A stretch of DNA of 64,000 nt, from assembly GCA_973895155.1 (NCBI GenBank), contig OZ316899.1, positions 14,449,934 to 14,513,933 of the forward strand. The letters run 5' to 3'. The stretch comes from Marsupella aquatica. Taxonomy: Eukaryota > Plantae > Marchantiophyta. The notes beneath the pieces are model-generated. The model ran no database searches and had not been told where the DNA came from. It saw only the letters and a list, made by a program, of their open reading frames with translations. This document shows positions 60,970 to 64,000 of the stretch, piece after piece. The first letter of the stretch is position 1. Every line of letters begins with the position of its first letter. A program made the position numbers and the translations under genes.

Positions 60970-62267
60970 TGTGGAAAGCCTTTTTTGTGGAAGTATTCTA
61001 AGGAGTATTAAATCTACATTTTTCAAATCTTTTGGGGTATTTACAAACGACAGGAAACAGCAAACAGTAACAGGAAACAAAAACTGGTAACAGGAAATGA
61101 GTGGTAATTTTTTTGGAAATTTTTTTGGATTTTTTTTTTGGATTTTTTTTTTTTTTGCTCTAGCGCCCGGCGCTGGTAATGCTAGCGCCCAAAGCTAGCC
61201 AAAAAATGTTTGGAAAATTTGACGTTTTAGAAAATATTTTGACATTGTTATTTTTCCTGGTAACAGTAAATTTTTGCTGGTAACAGGAAAATTTTTACTG
61301 GTACCAGTAAACCTGTTTCCTGTTTACTGTCACGCATGCCATACCCAATCTTTTGAAGCATTTTAAGTGACAAAATGAAGTCACTTAGAGAAGATGAAGG
61401 AGTTAAGGACATAAGAAGATCAGTTTAACCAACAAACTGTTTTGACAAATCATTTTCACATCTGAAGAATCGTTCAGGCATTTTAAGTTGGATTTTGATT
61501 CAACTTCTCTTAAACCATTTTTCCTCTCCCTTTTTGCACCCGAGCTCATTAGATAGAACTTAATTTAGCCAAAACTACTTTAGTTATCATTAGTAGTTTT
61601 AACTTAGGAAAGTAGTTCAAACTACTCACCTATTCAGATCTTCAATTAATAGTTAGTTTGGAGGTAGTTTAGTAACCTTTCTAGATCTCTTTGATCTATG
61701 AGGGAATATTACAATTGAACTCCGAGGCAAAATTGCCTTGTCATTTTCTCTGGAAATGATTTGTGACCAGTATGGATCTTTTCCTCATGCCAGGTTGGGC
61801 TCAGGAGGAAGAATCGCAGAAATGAGAAAATGCACCACCCAAATTCCGCTGTTATTTATGATTTCCTCGTGCATTTCTTGTAAACCTTGGAATGAATGAA
61901 TACATTTTAAGAAAACGTTTCTTTGGTTTTGTATGGAAAAATATGAGTAAAGTTCTAAAATCTAGAGTCTAGAGAATTGTAGTGAAATCCCTAATGTAAA
62001 GCCGATCTCTGTTGAGTATAAAGAATTTAGGAATGGAACAAAAGTCAAACTTCTATTGAGAAGGAGCGATAGTCTGAGAGTTTCCATATTAAAACGATTG
62101 ATCATAAATATTTTGAGTGATACATAGTAGTTGTGTAAGGAAAGAGACTCCTAAAGATCTCAAAATCCTTAATACCATCATAAGTTGATTTCCTTTATTC
62201 CTTACGGGAACAAATTCGAGTTTCTAAGATACATTTTATACAAGTTTCATCTAAAACACTTACCACA
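60970..62267 (+). repeat. 3' LTR containing a MITE
   Basis: Direct repeat of 30806-31780. Confidence 0.95.
61035..61346. mobile_element. 312-bp Mutator-like MITE
   Basis: Absent from the 5' LTR; 9-bp TSD AATCTTTTG (61026-61034, 61347-61355); imperfect TIRs GGGTAT...ATACCC with AAACAG/CTGTTT subrepeats. Confidence 0.9.
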
Positions 62268-62272
62268 TGCTC

Positions 62273-62347
62273 TCTGACCCTACTCAGGCCGGGACTCCCT
62301 GTGCCTCACAGGTTCTCATACTGAGATAAAACAAGTCTCTCCCCCCC
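62273..62347 (-). repeat. 5' part of the Tat-like LTR (62273-62333) and its PPT (62335-62347)
   Basis: Minus strand reads GGGGGGGAGAGAC-T-TGTTTTATC. Confidence 0.65.
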
Positions 62348-62703
62348 ATAGCGGAAGGGGGAACCTAAATACTACTTGCGGAAAGGAACCAGGAGATACT
62401 ACCTCCCGTGGGCAACGCGTAATTGACTAACTACCTTCTGACCTTTGACCGTCAGTGGCACGGGTCGCTGACCGGGGTGCCAACAATTGAGTCTACTGTC
62501 AGTAGTACGCTCTAGTCCGTTGATGGACTCTATCCTACGTTGGATGATCCTAACTAACCCTATCCTAACCCTACCTACCGCGCTGCTAATGAGGGCCTAA
62601 TGACAGCTATTCTGTCCTTCAATCAAATCCAAAAAATACCGCTGAACCCAACTGTATCGAGCGGTGCCTGACCGCTCCCTCCGCTAACCACCCCTTGCAC
62701 GTG

Positions 62704-63584
62704 TTACGTTGTTGGTCTAGGGTTTGTCACCTTGTCAGAACAAGGCCTCGAGCCGCCTTGATCAAAGGTGGTTCCCGCCCCATCCCGCTGGCTTACGAGC
62801 AGTGAAATACGGTCTTGCAAGGCCTTGTTATCTCGTACCACCTCCTTTGCCTCGTTTGCAACTTTGTCGGCCTCAGCCTGAAGCCGTGCCACCTCCTGAC
62901 TAAGTTGGCCAATGGTGTTAGGGTGGGTCTGGTTCTGCGTCAGCAGTTTATCTTGCTCGGCGGAGACATTAGCCACCTGTTGGGCTGCCTGCAGGAATTG
63001 GTTGTTGAGGTCGGCCAAGTTTGTAACCCAAGCCGAGGACTCCAAGCATAGCTAAAGCACAATGTCCTCCAGTTTCTTGAGGTCAGCCTGAGTCATGAGC
63101 AACTCTTGGTTTAGTCCTTCCCGCTGTTCGATGGTGCGGACTAACTCAACACGGTGGGTGGTGGCTGCCTCTTCAAGCTGCTCTATTGCCATCTGGAGGC
63201 ATCCAATCTTGTTCCCCTTTTCCATGAGTTCTTCCTCCAAGCGGTTTATGATCCGGGGTGGTGCTCTAACATGAAGAAGGCCGGTTGGAAGTATTGTGAG
63301 ACCTGTTGCCCGATGTACGTCGCTAGTTCCCCCGAGAGGTTTTGGATAAATTTTTAGACCAGGTTGTGGGCTACGGTTCCAGGGACTACTTGGTAGTCCT
63401 CCATTCTTTTGGGCAGAGGTGCATCCTCGGTCGGCGCAACGACTTCCTCCGTGGTCCGCAATGGGGGAGGGATGGGTTCTTCAAGCGGCGGCGGAATAGG
63501 AGGTGGTTGCGTCGGGGGTAGCGGAGGCTTGACGATGGGGGGTGGTGGGGGTTGTAGTATTGTACTAGAGACACAAATCATCAT
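62704..63584 (-). pseudogene. Pro-rich/coiled-coil accessory ORF in the 3' region of a Tat-like element
   Basis: ORF pieces 63354-63584, 63052-63240 and 62704-63045 with heptad-like composition, upstream of the PPT. Confidence 0.55.
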
Positions 63585-64000
63585 TTAAGCTCTAAAACTC
63601 GGTATTCGTTCCCATGGAAGAACATGTTGGGAATGGTTTACAATTCTTTAACACAAATGAATGACTAAGGTAACAAAACACAAAGATAAGCCTTTTACTT
63701 TGAATGCTCAGCAAGGCATAGATTTAAATGTCTGCTTGACATTGTAAATATAATTAACAAAATGAATGAAATTAACAAAATACAAGGAAATCTTGAGGTA
63801 TGATGAGAGAGTCTGGAAAACACCAAGGTAACTTCTCAACAACACTTAATTTGTAATGATTTAAGGTATTGAACTTGCAAGGACATTTCTGGAATGGAAC
63901 TCGCAAACCCCGAGTGGTATCATTGTTCCCTCGAGGGTCCCTTAACCCACTTTAGACCCCGTCCCAATAAATTAAAAACTGAAATCCTTCACAATATAGT

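Larger units (their letters stand above)
30806..62267 (+). mobile_element. Athila-like Ty3/Gypsy LTR retrotransposon (~10.6 kb without nested inserts)
   Basis: Two ~975-bp LTRs TGTGG...CCACA; TSD TGCTT/TGCTC; PBS; gag-PR-RT-RH-IN order; extra ORF after pol; PPT. Confidence 0.95.

Noticed and set aside
18974-64000. Right TIR for the CACTA end at 18974
   Set aside because: No TTTTCTTCTAGTG plus GTA TSD found by eye, so the element extent and cargo membership remain inferred.

Overview
Eukaryotic, TE-dense window, most likely from a land plant (TTTAGGG tracts, plant-type CACTA/Athila/Tat elements, GT-AG introns). A non-seed plant is my inference. I see no intact host gene. Left part: a pseudogenised intron-containing Sola2-like DDD transposase with an adjacent RPA70C-like OB-fold ORF (0.6-7.8 kb), then scrambled Ty3/Gypsy remnants (7.9-19 kb). 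From 18974 a CACTA left end is followed by apparent cargo: an EDM2-like PHD cluster preceded in frame by a histone-H3/CENH3-like tail MARTKHKARK, plus F-box remnants. Right part: a Tat-like LTR is split by a 31.5-kb Athila-like LTR retrotransposon (30806-62267). That element carries three clean insertions with TSDs: an 8.2-kb CACTA-family element with CACAA termini (33467-41643), a 312-bp Mutator-like MITE (61035-61346), and a 12.3-kb Sola-like DNA transposon (43007-55326, 26-bp TIRs, CTTC TSD). The Sola-like element encodes a 1168-aa transposase and, divergently, a ParB-like/N4-N6 DNA-methyltransferase-like gene and an FCP1/NIF-like phosphatase, and it carries arrays of one palindromic motif. 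This cargo-carrying element and the H3-tail/PHD ORF are the best candidates for undescribed systems. All domain calls come from motif recognition by eye, not database searches.
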